A stretch of 53,165 nt of DNA from Planctomycetota bacterium (GTDB lineage Bacteria > Planctomycetota > UBA1135), in assembly GCA_014382805.1 (NCBI GenBank), contig JACNIZ010000227.1, positions 1 through 53,165 of the forward strand, written 5' to 3'. The notes under the pieces are model-generated. The model ran no database searches and was not told where the DNA came from. It was given only the letters and a program-made list of their open reading frames with translations. A program made the translations under genes and the position numbers. This document shows, piece after piece, positions 20,594-30,572 of the stretch. Each line of letters opens with the position of its first letter. Positions within the stretch are counted from its first letter, which is position 1.

Positions 20594-22284
20594 ATGGACA
20601 CCACGCGCAGGCCAACGCCCGGATCGAAGGTGACTGCGCAAGCCCAATAGGTATGCCCAATTTGCCCAGTTAGCTGCGCGGGTGACCATTGGTAGCTAAA
20701 GCTGCCCTCGCCGGCGGCATCTAGTACGCCGGTCGGATTGCGGAACAGGCTTGGGTAATTACCCTGGGTGGTAGCCCAAAACATTGGGTCCAGGCTCAAC
20801 GGCACAAATTGATTGAGGTACTGCGCCGGACCAGCGCCGGTCTCGGAAAGCAGCACGGCGTAGGGCATATTGGCTTCGCTGATCGGGAAGTGAAGATCGG
20901 AAGTAAACGATCCACCAGCCGATGCCGACGCCACTGTAGCGCCCGGAATTAGGTGTGGGTCCCAAGTCATCACTTTGACCGAGCCGTTGCCGACTATCCA
21001 AACGCCGTCTTCGATCGAGCCGACCAGAAGTTCACTGCGGCCGTCGCCATTAAGATCCTCGCCGTCGGCGAGGGAATAACCGAATTCTTCTTGGATAATG
21101 GGGCTGTCGTATCTCCACAGCAGGCGCGCATCGCGTCCGGAATAAACACGCACGCCGCCGTCGTCAAAGTTGACCGGTAGGCCGACGGCTAGATCGGGAG
21201 TCCCGTCGCCGTCGAAATCATCCAGCTTGCAAATCGCGCTGCCGAAATCGCTATACATGCTGTCGCCGTAAAGCGTGTGCAGCACTTCGCCGGAGTGACC
21301 CGAAAAAATGCGCACCGCGCCAGCAGAGTGCAAATACGGCAGAATGCGTTCAAGCGGCGAAGAAATGGCGACGTCGGGGTATCCATCTTGATCCCAGTCG
21401 CCGACGCTACAAATCTCGGTGCCGAAAGCGCTCACTTCTGAGCCGTAATCGCTGCCGCGCAAGAGTCTTAGCTCTAGACCCGTTGCGCCCGAAAAAATGT
21501 GCACGGTTCCCTTCGGCAACATGCCACCGCCTCTGCCGCTGGCGCAAAAATCAGGCGTGCCATCACCGTCCAAATCGCCAACCGCGGCCAATGAACCGCC
21601 CAAATAATCAAAATCGTGGTTGCCTTTTTGATTCCAAATTACGCTGCCATCGACGCCGGACAACAGGTAAACCATGCCCTTGGCGTTGTAATAACTGCCG
21701 ATGTCGGCCTCTGGAGCGCTAACCAGAACGTCAGGCGTACCGTCGCCGTTGACGTCGCCCGTGCCGACGATTTCGCGACCGAACAACCAGTAGTTGCCTT
21801 GCCCAAAGACATCCCAAATCATCTGGCCGGTGGCACCCGAAAAGGTCCAAACCGCGCCAGTGCGACGCCCACCGGGTCGATCTTGCCACGGGATGCCGAT
21901 GGAATAATCATTGACCGAGTCGCCGTCCAAGTCACCTACGTTGGCGGCGGCAATCCCGAGTCGTCCACCATAAGAAGTTCCTTGGTGCTCGCGGATCAAA
22001 GAGCCGTCAGCGCCGGAATAGATGTATGCACGCCCGAATGGGCCGTTAAACGCATCGTCGGCGTAGGGGGCGGAGGTGAGATAGTCGGCAATTCCGTCTT
22101 GATTGACGTCGCCTAGGGAGGTGACCATCCAGCCCATTTTGCTGCGATGGGTGGGGCCGTCGTGTTCGCGCAGCACGGACCAGGTGCCAAAATCTTGGGC
22201 CGAGCTGGGTGCAGTGGAAGCACAAACATTGGCAATCATCACGCTTGCCAAAGCCAAAGGGAATCGAGGATGGACGAAGGACAT
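20566..22284 (-). CDS. FG-GAP repeat (integrin-alpha-like beta-propeller) secreted protein
   Basis: Signal peptide; seven Ca-binding-like repeats including GDVNQDGIADY, GDLDGDSVNDY, GDVNGDGTPDV, GDLDGDGTPDF, GDWDQDGYPDV, DDFDGDGTPDL, EDLNGDGRSEL. Confidence 0.85.
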   Translation of the reverse strand: MSFVHPRFPLALASVMIANVCASTAPSSAQDFGTWSVLREHDGPTHRSKMGWMVTSLGDVNQDGIADYLTSAPYADDAFNGPFGRAYIYSGADGSLIREHQGTSYGGRLGIAAANVGDLDGDSVNDYSIGIPWQDRPGGRRTGAVWTFSGATGQMIWDVFGQGNYWLFGREIVGTGDVNGDGTPDVLVSAPEADIGSYYNAKGMVYLLSGVDGSVIWNQKGNHDFDYLGGSLAAVGDLDGDGTPDFCASGRGGGMLPKGTVHIFSGATGLELRLLRGSDYGSEVSAFGTEICSVGDWDQDGYPDVAISSPLERILPYLHSAGAVRIFSGHSGEVLHTLYGDSMYSDFGSAICKLDDFDGDGTPDLAVGLPVNFDDGGVRVYSGRDARLLWRYDSPIIQEEFGYSLADGEDLNGDGRSELLVGSIEDGVWIVGNGSVKVMTWDPHLIPGATVASASAGGSFTSDLHFPISEANMPYAVLLSETGAGPAQYLNQFVPLSLDPMFWATTQGNYPSLFRNPTGVLDAAGEGSFSYQWSPAQLTGQIGHTYWACAVTFDPGVGLRVVSIAVPLTVSR

Positions 22285-22315
22285 GAATCTAGTTTGAGTA
22301 AGAATGGTTGATGAA

Positions 22316-23350
22316 TTAATCTAGGGCTTTTAAGTATTCTACAGCGCGCAGGATTTCACTGTTTTTACCTGCAAGTACCTCCTCTGGCACGGCTTCAACG
22401 ATTGTGTGCGGCTTAATGCCATTAAATTCAATCGGTTCGCCATCCGGACCAAATCGGCTGCGGGTTGAGAATTTCACTGTCGCAATGCCGGACGGAAATT
22501 GCCACTCTTTTTTCGACGACGACGATCCAGCCGTGGGCGTGCCAATAAAATGCGCTTCGGCGTAGCGAATGAAGTCGCGAATCAGCGTTTCTCCGGCCGA
22601 AATGCAGCCTGCATCGCCAATAACGACGATCGGTTTTTGCACCGCTTTGACCTGGTCGATCAGTTCGTCGCCATAACCACCTCCAGAATTTCCGCGCAGG
22701 TCGATAACCCAACCAGGCACGTCGGGATATTTGGCCAAGGCGGTTTTCATGCCTTCGGCAATGCTGGAATCCACGCGCCGTAAATACATAAATCCATAGC
22801 CGGAATCCAATTGGGAATAGTAAAACGATTTACCAACTTTTACTAAATCTGCCGGCATGTTGTAGCTGCGGGCCCAACCATCCATTTCGGTGCGGCAGGA
22901 CAGCTTCACCTTTTTTTTCTTCTTGCCATCCATGCAAAGCAATTCATATTTTTCGCCGCGTTCATCGGAAAGAGCGGTGCGATATTCAAATAAAGCGGCT
23001 CGCTGCGGACTGGAAAATCCACCTCCTTTTTTCCAGGTTTCTTCGCCGCGCTCATCCAAAAACTTGCGCGCATCCTTGCCATTAATCGTCAGCACAACGG
23101 ATCCGGTTTTCAACGAAGCACCTTGTCCATCTGGCGGGTACATGACAATGACCCGGCCTTCCGTAGCCGGCAGCAAACTAATTCCGCTGTAATAAGATGG
23201 TTCCCCGCGTGGCATCTCAATTTTGCACTCGGTGAGGTACATATGCGCGTCACGCAAGTAGCCAATGCCTTCCCAAATGAGGCCGATGAACTCAGCGTCA
23301 GTCTTGCACTTTTTGGCGCGTTTTTCCAAATCCTTGCGGGTGGATTTCAT
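22316..23350 (-). CDS. S41-family (C-terminal processing/tricorn-core-like) serine peptidase domain; lacks its own signal peptide
   Basis: DLRGNSGGGYG and GCISAGE motifs; start ATG overlaps the stop of the upstream signal-peptide ORF (ATGA). Confidence 0.75.
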   Translation of the reverse strand: MKSTRKDLEKRAKKCKTDAEFIGLIWEGIGYLRDAHMYLTECKIEMPRGEPSYYSGISLLPATEGRVIVMYPPDGQGASLKTGSVVLTINGKDARKFLDERGEETWKKGGGFSSPQRAALFEYRTALSDERGEKYELLCMDGKKKKKVKLSCRTEMDGWARSYNMPADLVKVGKSFYYSQLDSGYGFMYLRRVDSSIAEGMKTALAKYPDVPGWVIDLRGNSGGGYGDELIDQVKAVQKPIVVIGDAGCISAGETLIRDFIRYAEAHFIGTPTAGSSSSKKEWQFPSGIATVKFSTRSRFGPDGEPIEFNGIKPHTIVEAVPEEVLAGKNSEILRAVEYLKALD

Positions 23351-23568
23351 TCTTTACGCAGGCCTTTGAGGTCGAAAAATGGATAGTTGCTCTGCGCTTC
23401 CTTGAGGAAAGCCTCCATGTCGGAAGCATAGGTTTTTTTATAAGCCGCGTCATTGGCTTTTTGCGCGGCGGCGGGCGGAGTCAGCAGCGCCGCGAGTAAA
23501 TACATCACCATCCAAAGGAAGGGAGTTCTGAATTTAGTGGCGGCAGGTGCGGATGCGATATTGACCAT
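23347..23568 (-). CDS. signal-peptide-bearing N-terminal fragment, probably the detached 5' part of the S41 peptidase gene
   Basis: MVNIASAPAATKFRTPFLWMVMYLLAALLTPPAAAQ signal peptide, ends ...YPFFDLKGLRKE*, 4-bp overlap with the next ORF. Confidence 0.45.
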   Translation of the reverse strand: MVNIASAPAATKFRTPFLWMVMYLLAALLTPPAAAQKANDAAYKKTYASDMEAFLKEAQSNYPFFDLKGLRKE

Positions 23569-23662
23569 GATCCAGATTTTAGCGAATGGGTCGTTAAGCG
23601 GGTGTCGTTCAAAGCGAAATCCCCGGCTAGAATCGGTGGGTCGATCCCCGATAAACGCCACC

Positions 23663-25822
23663 ATGTCTCCTTTCTCAGCCTCCTCTCGTGGAGCGGTTTC
23701 GCCGCGTCTGCTGTTCCTGCTTGGCCTTGTCTGCCTAACCGCTGGCGCATTTACTGCCCGCGCTCAACAGCAGGCGGTGGATCGTTTTGCCCAATTGCGC
23801 GAAGCCATGCCGTCGCCGAGTACTTATCGCACTGCCTCTGGGGCACCGGGGCATGAGTATTGGCAGCAGAACGTGAGCTACAAAATCGACGTCAAGCTGG
23901 ACCTGCCGAATCAGCGCTTGATTGGTCATGAGGAGATTCGTTACGTTAATAATTCACCGGACAATTTGACTTATTTATGGCTACATTTGGAACCAAACCG
24001 ACGCACTCCGGAGAGTCATTCCAATTTGTCGCGCACCGCGCCAGACATGGAGACCCTTAGCTTGCGGCGGATGACGTCGGAATGGCAGAAGGATCAATTC
24101 GACGGCTCGTGCAAAATTGAAAACGTGCGTTTGGCCGACGGCACGCCGTTGAAGTGGACCGTGGTCGGAACCACGATGCGGATTGATTTGCCGAAGCCAC
24201 TGGCGCCGGTGAACCATGCCCGCAGCCTGAATGGCGGCAGCGGACCTGGTGGCAGAGCCCCGCAATGGATGGATTTTGAATTGGATTGGAGTTATGAGAT
24301 CAACAACGTTTCCAAGGTGCGCGCGCGCAGCGGCATGGAAGTATTGAAGGATGGCGCCAAGATATTTGGCATCGCCCAATGGTTTCCGCGTTTATGCGCA
24401 TACACCGACTACACCGGCTGGCAGCACAAGGAGTTTTTGGGCGGTGGCGAATTCGCACTGGAGTTCGGTAATTACGACGTCAGCATTACTGTTCCTTCGC
24501 ATCACACGGTGGCCTCGACCGGCGTGCTGATGAATTCGACCAAGGTGTTGAGCGCAGTGCAGCAGCAGCGATTGAGTGCGGCCAAGGCGGCGTCGGAACC
24601 GATGCTGATTGTGACTCGGGAAGAAGCCGATGAACTACGTAAATTAGCCGGCGACGGCAGCATGAAAACGTGGCGTTATTCTGCTCAAAACGTACGCGAT
24701 TTTGCCTGGGGCAGTTCGCCAGCATTTTTGTGGGACGCGATGGGATACCCGGTAAATGGGCAAAAGGAGCCGGTTATGTGTATGTCGTACTGGCCGCGCG
24801 AAGGCGATCCGCTGTGGGGAGAGCTGTCGACGAAGGCCGTCGCGCATACCGTTGAAGTTTATGGGCGGCGCTTGTTTGACTACCCGTATCCAGTGGCGAT
24901 TTCGGTCAATGGGGTCGTCGGCGGCGGCATGGAGTACCCGATGTTGTGCTTCAACGGACCGCGCCCACAGCCGGATGGCAGCTATACCGATCGTCTGCGC
25001 TATGGTTTAATTTCGATCATCATTCACGAGGTAGGGCATAACTGGTTCCCGATGATCGTGAACTCCGACGAGCGCCAGTGGGCGTGGATGGACGAAGGTT
25101 TGAATACTTTTGTGCAGTCTTTGGCGGAGCGCGAATGGGAAAAGGACTATCCGTCGCGTGCGGCCAAGTCGCAACAAATCGTGGGCTATATGAAGTCGGA
25201 CCGTCAGGTGCCGATCATGAGCAATGCCGATACTTTGCTGAATGGCGGCGCCAATGCCTATAACAAGCCTTCCATCGCGTTGAATATTTTGCGTGATACG
25301 GTGATTGGAAATGAGGGCTTCGACTTTGCGCTGAAAACTTATGCGCAGCGCTGGAAATTCAAGCGGCCTGAACCCGCCGACTTTTTCCGCACCATGGAAG
25401 ACGCCAGCGGTGTGGACTTGGACTGGTTTTTCCGCGGCTGGTTTTACACCACCGATCACGTCGATCAAGCCATTGCCGACGTCAAAAGCTACCAGTTGAA
25501 CCCAGCTGAGGTCGAAGCCAGAGGTCCGGATCAGCAGGCAGTGTTGGATTCCAAGCTACGCTGGTACGTAGTTGATTTGACTAGCAAAGGCATACCGATG
25601 CCGGTCATTTTGCAATTGGAATACCTGGACGGCACGACCGAGATGGTGCGCCTTCCGGTTGAAATTTGGCGCAAAAACGCTCAAAAAGTATCCAGGCTCA
25701 TCACCTGTGATCGCGAACTGAAGGGCGTGGTGCTGGATCCGCTCCAAGAAATCGCCGACGTTAACCACGGCGATAATAGCTGGCCAGCCATCCCGTCAGA
25801 AGCACCGCAGCTGCAGGAATAA
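23663..25822 (+). CDS. M1-family zinc metallopeptidase (aminopeptidase N-like), secreted
   Basis: Start ATG 23663 with signal peptide LLFLLGLVCLTAGAFTARAQQ; HEVGH-x18-E zinc motif (HEVGHNWF...WMDEGLNTF). Confidence 0.9.
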   Translation: MSPFSASSRGAVSPRLLFLLGLVCLTAGAFTARAQQQAVDRFAQLREAMPSPSTYRTASGAPGHEYWQQNVSYKIDVKLDLPNQRLIGHEEIRYVNNSPDNLTYLWLHLEPNRRTPESHSNLSRTAPDMETLSLRRMTSEWQKDQFDGSCKIENVRLADGTPLKWTVVGTTMRIDLPKPLAPVNHARSLNGGSGPGGRAPQWMDFELDWSYEINNVSKVRARSGMEVLKDGAKIFGIAQWFPRLCAYTDYTGWQHKEFLGGGEFALEFGNYDVSITVPSHHTVASTGVLMNSTKVLSAVQQQRLSAAKAASEPMLIVTREEADELRKLAGDGSMKTWRYSAQNVRDFAWGSSPAFLWDAMGYPVNGQKEPVMCMSYWPREGDPLWGELSTKAVAHTVEVYGRRLFDYPYPVAISVNGVVGGGMEYPMLCFNGPRPQPDGSYTDRLRYGLISIIIHEVGHNWFPMIVNSDERQWAWMDEGLNTFVQSLAEREWEKDYPSRAAKSQQIVGYMKSDRQVPIMSNADTLLNGGANAYNKPSIALNILRDTVIGNEGFDFALKTYAQRWKFKRPEPADFFRTMEDASGVDLDWFFRGWFYTTDHVDQAIADVKSYQLNPAEVEARGPDQQAVLDSKLRWYVVDLTSKGIPMPVILQLEYLDGTTEMVRLPVEIWRKNAQKVSRLITCDRELKGVVLDPLQEIADVNHGDNSWPAIPSEAPQLQE

Positions 25823-27080
25823 GGTCGGCGCTGTTGTGCCAAGCCATCATCACCGATAGCGACGTCACCGCTGCTAGGAACAGCAGTGGCACCCACGGAT
25901 AGCCCGGGATCGGTACGCTTTTTTTGCCGAGGTCGCGGCGCAGCATCATCAATCCGACCACCGAAAGCGCAGTGCAAACGCCCAGCAGCCAGCCCAAGTT
26001 GGTGAGCTGCTGGCGCAGGCCGGAGCCCCACAGCAGCGCGATGGCCAGCACCGCCTGCAGGAAAATCGAGCGGCTGGGTGTGTTGCCGCGGAATGAGAAA
26101 AATTTCGGAAAGACGCCGTCGTCGGCCATTTGCGCGTAAATGCGTGGACCGATCATGATCATCGACGAGATGGACGTCAGCATGGCCAGGGCGAGGCCAA
26201 AGCGCACGACGCTTTCTAAAGCCGGGTTGCCTAATGCAGCTGTGGCAGCAGCGGCGATGTCTTCGCGACCGGCAAGTTCGCTGATGGGTGCGGCATATAC
26301 AAATACATAATTGAGAGCGAGGTAAAGCGCGGTGACCAACAGCGTGCCGATCAGCATGGCGCGCGGAATATTGCGCTGCGCATTTTTGGCTTCGCCAGCC
26401 ACGTAAACCGCCGCGTTCCAACCTGAATAACTGAGTGAAACCCACATCAAAACCATGGCAAAGCTGCCCCACTCCCATGGCTTGAGCGTCGGAGCGACTG
26501 CGGCGGTTCCCATCGTGGTATTGCCGCCCGCGATTTCGGCCGGGGCAGTGGTTTCCGGTAGCAAAAGCCAGCCCGCGATAGCCAGCCCGATCAACAAAAT
26601 CACTTTAAAAGTGACCGCGACATTTTGCAGCAATGCGCCGGCACTGAGGCGGAATGCGTGCAATAGCGCCAAAGCCAGAATCAAAATAGTGCCGACGACG
26701 TCGGCGGGGAAGGCGTCGGGGAGATAGGGCTGGATATACGCCTGTAGGGTCTCGGCGGCAAAGGCAATAGCGCCGGAGAACCCGGCGCAGAGGGAAATCC
26801 AACCTGCCAAAAAGCCGACCCGCGGGCTCATGGTGCGCGATAAAAATAGGTATTCGCCGCCGGAAATTTGCAGATGTCGAGCAAGCGCGCCGTAACACAA
26901 GGTTCCAAGTAAGGCGATGGCGCCGCCAACCACCCACGCCAGCAATACCCGCTCTGGACTGCCGAGATCAAATAACGCAAAACCTGTAGTGGTGAAAATG
27001 CCAGCACCAATCATATTGGCGACGACGATGGCAGTCAGGCTGGCAAGGCCGAACCGCCTTCTATCTGCAAGTGCGTTCAT
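25761..27080 (-). CDS. APC-family amino acid permease
   Basis: 439 aa, approx 12 TM, N-terminal LTAIVVANMIGAGIFTTTGF signature. Confidence 0.85.
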   Translation of the reverse strand: MNALADRRRFGLASLTAIVVANMIGAGIFTTTGFALFDLGSPERVLLAWVVGGAIALLGTLCYGALARHLQISGGEYLFLSRTMSPRVGFLAGWISLCAGFSGAIAFAAETLQAYIQPYLPDAFPADVVGTILILALALLHAFRLSAGALLQNVAVTFKVILLIGLAIAGWLLLPETTAPAEIAGGNTTMGTAAVAPTLKPWEWGSFAMVLMWVSLSYSGWNAAVYVAGEAKNAQRNIPRAMLIGTLLVTALYLALNYVFVYAAPISELAGREDIAAAATAALGNPALESVVRFGLALAMLTSISSMIMIGPRIYAQMADDGVFPKFFSFRGNTPSRSIFLQAVLAIALLWGSGLRQQLTNLGWLLGVCTALSVVGLMMLRRDLGKKSVPIPGYPWVPLLFLAAVTSLSVMMAWHNSADLIPAAAVLLTGWLASYYRRG

Positions 27081-27092
27081 TCGATGAGAGCT

Positions 27093-27794
27093 TTATTTTT
27101 TGCCTAAGCGCAAGACGTAGTTTTCTTTCAGCTCACTCATCTGTACGTCTTCAAGCAGCTCAAAGCCGGCAGTTTTTAGCTCGACTAGGATTTCCTCTTT
27201 GCCAGCGCGAACGTGGTCGAGGATCCACTCGCGGGAAACTCCAGGAATGCGTTCAAAATCAATAATCAGCACTTCGCCGCCCTTGCGCAGCGCCTTGTGG
27301 ATGGATTTCATGGTGCTGATCGGGTATTCAAAATGGTGATAAGTGTCGATGCAAACAACCCGGTCGACGCTATTCGGCTTCAGCTCGGAGGAGCGCTCGC
27401 TGCAATGCACGACCTCCACTTGATCCATCTTGGTTTCGCTGGCGCGTTTGCGTAGGTGATCGATCATACCTGGGGAAATGTCGACGGCGTAAACCGCGCC
27501 GTTACTACCGGTGGCAGACGCCAGCGCAGGAATCATCATGCCGGTTCCAGCGCCGATGTCCGCAACACCCATGCCAGGTTCGATATTCATGGTTTTGGCG
27601 ATCAATTGGCGATTGGCAAATACCTCGCGGCTTTCACCTTCAAACCGCTTTACCCAGGATTCTGGGTCCATGGTTGGATCCATGAAGTTGTCATTTACAC
27701 CTGGCCGCACGCTCTCTTCGGGCGGGGTCGTGGCGCAACTTGGGAACAGGCTGAAACCAGTCAAGGCGAGGAGGGGCAGCAACGCAATTTTCAT
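27093..27794 (-). CDS. class I SAM-dependent methyltransferase with lipoprotein-type signal peptide
   Basis: MKIALLPLLALTGFSLFPSC lipobox-like N-terminus; motif I VADIGAGTGMM. Confidence 0.8.
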   Translation of the reverse strand: MKIALLPLLALTGFSLFPSCATTPPEESVRPGVNDNFMDPTMDPESWVKRFEGESREVFANRQLIAKTMNIEPGMGVADIGAGTGMMIPALASATGSNGAVYAVDISPGMIDHLRKRASETKMDQVEVVHCSERSSELKPNSVDRVVCIDTYHHFEYPISTMKSIHKALRKGGEVLIIDFERIPGVSREWILDHVRAGKEEILVELKTAGFELLEDVQMSELKENYVLRLGKK

Positions 27795-27833
27795 GTGGAG
27801 AGATTAACAATGCCTTGCGCACAATGAGATTGT

Positions 27834-27855
27834 GTGATATATATCTGTATATCAC
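27834..27855. promoter_or_regulatory. 8-bp inverted repeat, candidate GntR/YtrA operator
   Basis: GTGATATA-TATCTG-TATATCAC, 14 bp upstream of the GntR start, in the 74-bp divergent intergenic region. Confidence 0.55.
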
Positions 27856-27868
27856 GCAAGTGGTGACC

Positions 27869-28264
27869 ATGCAGATTCAAATCAACCCCGCCGATGAATT
27901 GCCGATCTACCGGCAAATCATCCACCAAATTCGCGACGCGATTGCGACAGGGGACCTGGCTCCAGGCAGTAAGTTGCTTTCTCACAGAGACTTATCTGCA
28001 CAGATTGTGGTCGCTCCGCTGACCGTCAAAAAGGCTTACGACGAATTGGAGGCCAGCGGTTTGCTCGAAACACGGCGTGGGAAAGGAACTTTCATCAGTC
28101 CGCGGCCGCCGCGAATGAGCGCCGCCAGCATGCGCAAACGCGTCGGCGTAGCGGCGAATCGATTGCTCACCGAAGCCCGCTTGGCCGGATTGGATTTGGA
28201 TGAAGTGTGGGATTTGCTGAAAGCCCTGGATGAATCCCTAATAAACAAGGAGGATCGTAAATGA
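27869..28264 (+). CDS. GntR-family transcriptional regulator, short YtrA-like subfamily
   Basis: 131 aa from ATG 27869; LPIYRQIIHQIRDAIATGDL...LLSHRDLSAQIVVAPLTVKKAYDELEASGLLETRRGKGTFI winged HTH; short C-terminal domain. Confidence 0.85.
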   Translation: MQIQINPADELPIYRQIIHQIRDAIATGDLAPGSKLLSHRDLSAQIVVAPLTVKKAYDELEASGLLETRRGKGTFISPRPPRMSAASMRKRVGVAANRLLTEARLAGLDLDEVWDLLKALDESLINKEDRK

Positions 28265-29139
28265 AACCGATCATGAAATTTGACGACGTCAGTTACAGCT
28301 ACCGGCCTGGCCCGGCAGTGCTACGCGGGGTTGATTTGTCGGTAGAGGCGGGGGAAATCGTCGGCTTATTGGGGCGCAACGGGGCCGGTAAGACGACCAT
28401 GCTGCATTTGGCAATGGGCTTGCTGAAACCAGCGAGCGGCGAGGTCCGCGTATTTGATTTGGCGCCACATCAATTTGGCGTGGAGATCAAAAAGCGCATC
28501 GGCTTTGTGTCTGAGCAGCAAGTTTTGCCGCCAGCCATGACAGTGGCCCAGGTCATGGATTATCACCAAGCGCTGTTTCAAGATTGGGACGTCGATTTGC
28601 AGAAAAAACTGCTGCGGCGCTTTCCCCTGCAACCGAATGCTCGAGTGCGCACTTTGAGTAAAGGCCAGGCGCGGCAGCTGGCCCTACTCTGCGGAATTTC
28701 ACACCGGCCGGAGTTGCTGATCTTGGACGAACCTGGCGGTGGCTTGGATCCAGCTGCGCGGCGCGAATTTTTGGAAGCTTCCATTCAACTGTTAAACGAA
28801 TCCGGCACCACAATTTTCTTTTCGTCGCATCACATGACCGACGTCGAGCGCATGGCCAGCCGCATTGTTTTGGTGGAAGATGGTGCGGCGTTGATCGACG
28901 TAGCCATAGATGAGTTGCGTGAGAATTTCTGTCTAGTTTCGGTGCCCATTGACGGTCAATGGAATGAAGAAAACCTAACGGCTTTGGATTCATGCTTGCG
29001 CGTTCGCACCCGCAATTCAGCGATTCACGCGGTTTTTCGAGGTTCCAGCGAAGAAATTGGTGCTGGCATGCCCGGCGCACGCTGCACCGCACTGCCGCTA
29101 GAAGAGATGTTTGTTGAACTCCTCGGAGCGAGCTCATGA
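28261..29139 (+). CDS. ABC transporter ATP-binding protein
   Basis: Walker A GRNGAGKTT, signature LSKGQARQ, Walker B LLILDEPGGGLD; ATGA overlap with the GntR gene. Confidence 0.9.
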   Translation: MKPIMKFDDVSYSYRPGPAVLRGVDLSVEAGEIVGLLGRNGAGKTTMLHLAMGLLKPASGEVRVFDLAPHQFGVEIKKRIGFVSEQQVLPPAMTVAQVMDYHQALFQDWDVDLQKKLLRRFPLQPNARVRTLSKGQARQLALLCGISHRPELLILDEPGGGLDPAARREFLEASIQLLNESGTTIFFSSHHMTDVERMASRIVLVEDGAALIDVAIDELRENFCLVSVPIDGQWNEENLTALDSCLRVRTRNSAIHAVFRGSSEEIGAGMPGARCTALPLEEMFVELLGASS

Positions 29140-30572
29140 GCTCGACTTTCGCCCTAGCCCGACGTGACCCGGCGATGGTGAAAATGCCATTTTTTATGGC
29201 GCTAAGCGTGGCGTTCGGTGCAGCCGTTGGGGCGATGGTCCTGCCGCCTGAACAAGACGTCGGCATGGCTGGGGCGCCGCTCTTTTTTCGCATTTTGATC
29301 ATTACTGATTTGGTGGTGGTATTGGCCATTTGGACTGACTTAGTCGCCCAATTCCATACCAAGGCTTATCCATTTCAATTGAACTTGCCAGTCGCCAATG
29401 TCCAGTTGTGGAAATCGCGATTATTGGCTTCTTACGCAGCCACCTTTGGGCCGATTATTATTGGTACTCTGGTATTTAGTTTGATTTCAGGTGATTATTT
29501 CACTCAAAGTTTTCAACTTTGGGTGCGCACAGTACTGATCCTGGCAGTGTTGCCCGTTGCGGTGCATTTTGCCGGGTCCATCAAGCGCTCTTCCTATTTT
29601 TTGGTAGCCACGCCGTTAAGGATTGCCGTCGTGGCAATCGTTTTGGGTTTGGAATGGATAGGCGCTTGGCTGCAGCCTTCGATCTGGCTAACGTCGTTAT
29701 TAGTGGCGGCTGCGATTGCTGCGATGGTGGTTGCGGTTCGTCGCAGTTTGCCGCAGCAATTCCAGCTGGGTGGACTGACGCCAATGTTTAGCAGCAAAGG
29801 TCGTTTGCAGGATCATTCTGAGCCTCTGGCCAAACCAGTTGTGATTCCGGCGCTATTGGCGATTCCAATCATTAGCCCGGTCGCCAAGCTGAATCGCTAT
29901 TTGGCGGCCGATATCTGGGTGCGGAGCAATATGTACGTGGTGATTTTGGGTGCCATCATGATGGTTTGGACGTCTACCCTGATCGATAATTCTTACGCCA
30001 TTTTTGAATTGGCCTTGGTGCAAGGCTTTTATTTGGTGTTTGCTATTTTTGGCCTGCCGCGGGTCGCATTTTTGCCCATCCCAAGATGGCGCCTGTTTTT
30101 GCAAGGCGCGGGGCAGGGCCTGTTTGTAGTTTTGCTTTGTTTGATCATGCTTGCAGCTTCAGGTCGTTTGCCCATTCCGGATGAAGGCCTGCTTTCTGCT
30201 GAGGCGGCTGCAATTGTTTTGCTTTGGTGTGTGGCGTGGCTACTTTCGATGACGGCATTTATTCATTTTTTCCTAACTTATCCAGCGGTTTTTTGGCAAC
30301 GATTGTGCGGCATTGGACTCAAAATTATCCATGCCGCGGCTGCAATCGTTTTAACTTTCTGGGCCATGCCCGGAGACTTGTCCGAGCAAACAAATCAATG
30401 GTTGCCTGACATCGCCCAACTGCATCAACTAGTAGCAATTTTGCTGCCGAATGGTGTCTCTGCGTGGTTCATCGTCAGCCCGGTCGCGGCGTTGTTCTAC
30501 TGGGTTACATTGCAGCTTTTTAAGCGCATTCAAGTAACTCGACTTAAAGACCGTCTGGTGAAATCAAAATGA
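29136..30572 (+). CDS. polytopic membrane protein of unknown family (putative permease partner)
   Basis: 478 aa, more than 10 hydrophobic segments, ATGA overlaps at both ends. Confidence 0.6.
   Translation: MSSTFALARRDPAMVKMPFFMALSVAFGAAVGAMVLPPEQDVGMAGAPLFFRILIITDLVVVLAIWTDLVAQFHTKAYPFQLNLPVANVQLWKSRLLASYAATFGPIIIGTLVFSLISGDYFTQSFQLWVRTVLILAVLPVAVHFAGSIKRSSYFLVATPLRIAVVAIVLGLEWIGAWLQPSIWLTSLLVAAAIAAMVVAVRRSLPQQFQLGGLTPMFSSKGRLQDHSEPLAKPVVIPALLAIPIISPVAKLNRYLAADIWVRSNMYVVILGAIMMVWTSTLIDNSYAIFELALVQGFYLVFAIFGLPRVAFLPIPRWRLFLQGAGQGLFVVLLCLIMLAASGRLPIPDEGLLSAEAAAIVLLWCVAWLLSMTAFIHFFLTYPAVFWQRLCGIGLKIIHAAAAIVLTFWAMPGDLSEQTNQWLPDIAQLHQLVAILLPNGVSAWFIVSPVAALFYWVTLQLFKRIQVTRLKDRLVKSK

Noticed and set aside
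25761-25822. 62-bp convergent overlap of the M1 peptidase and APC permease 3' ends
   Set aside because: Both ORFs look full-length and no structure or motif was seen in the overlap. Probably just a compact convergent junction or a slightly extended C-terminus.
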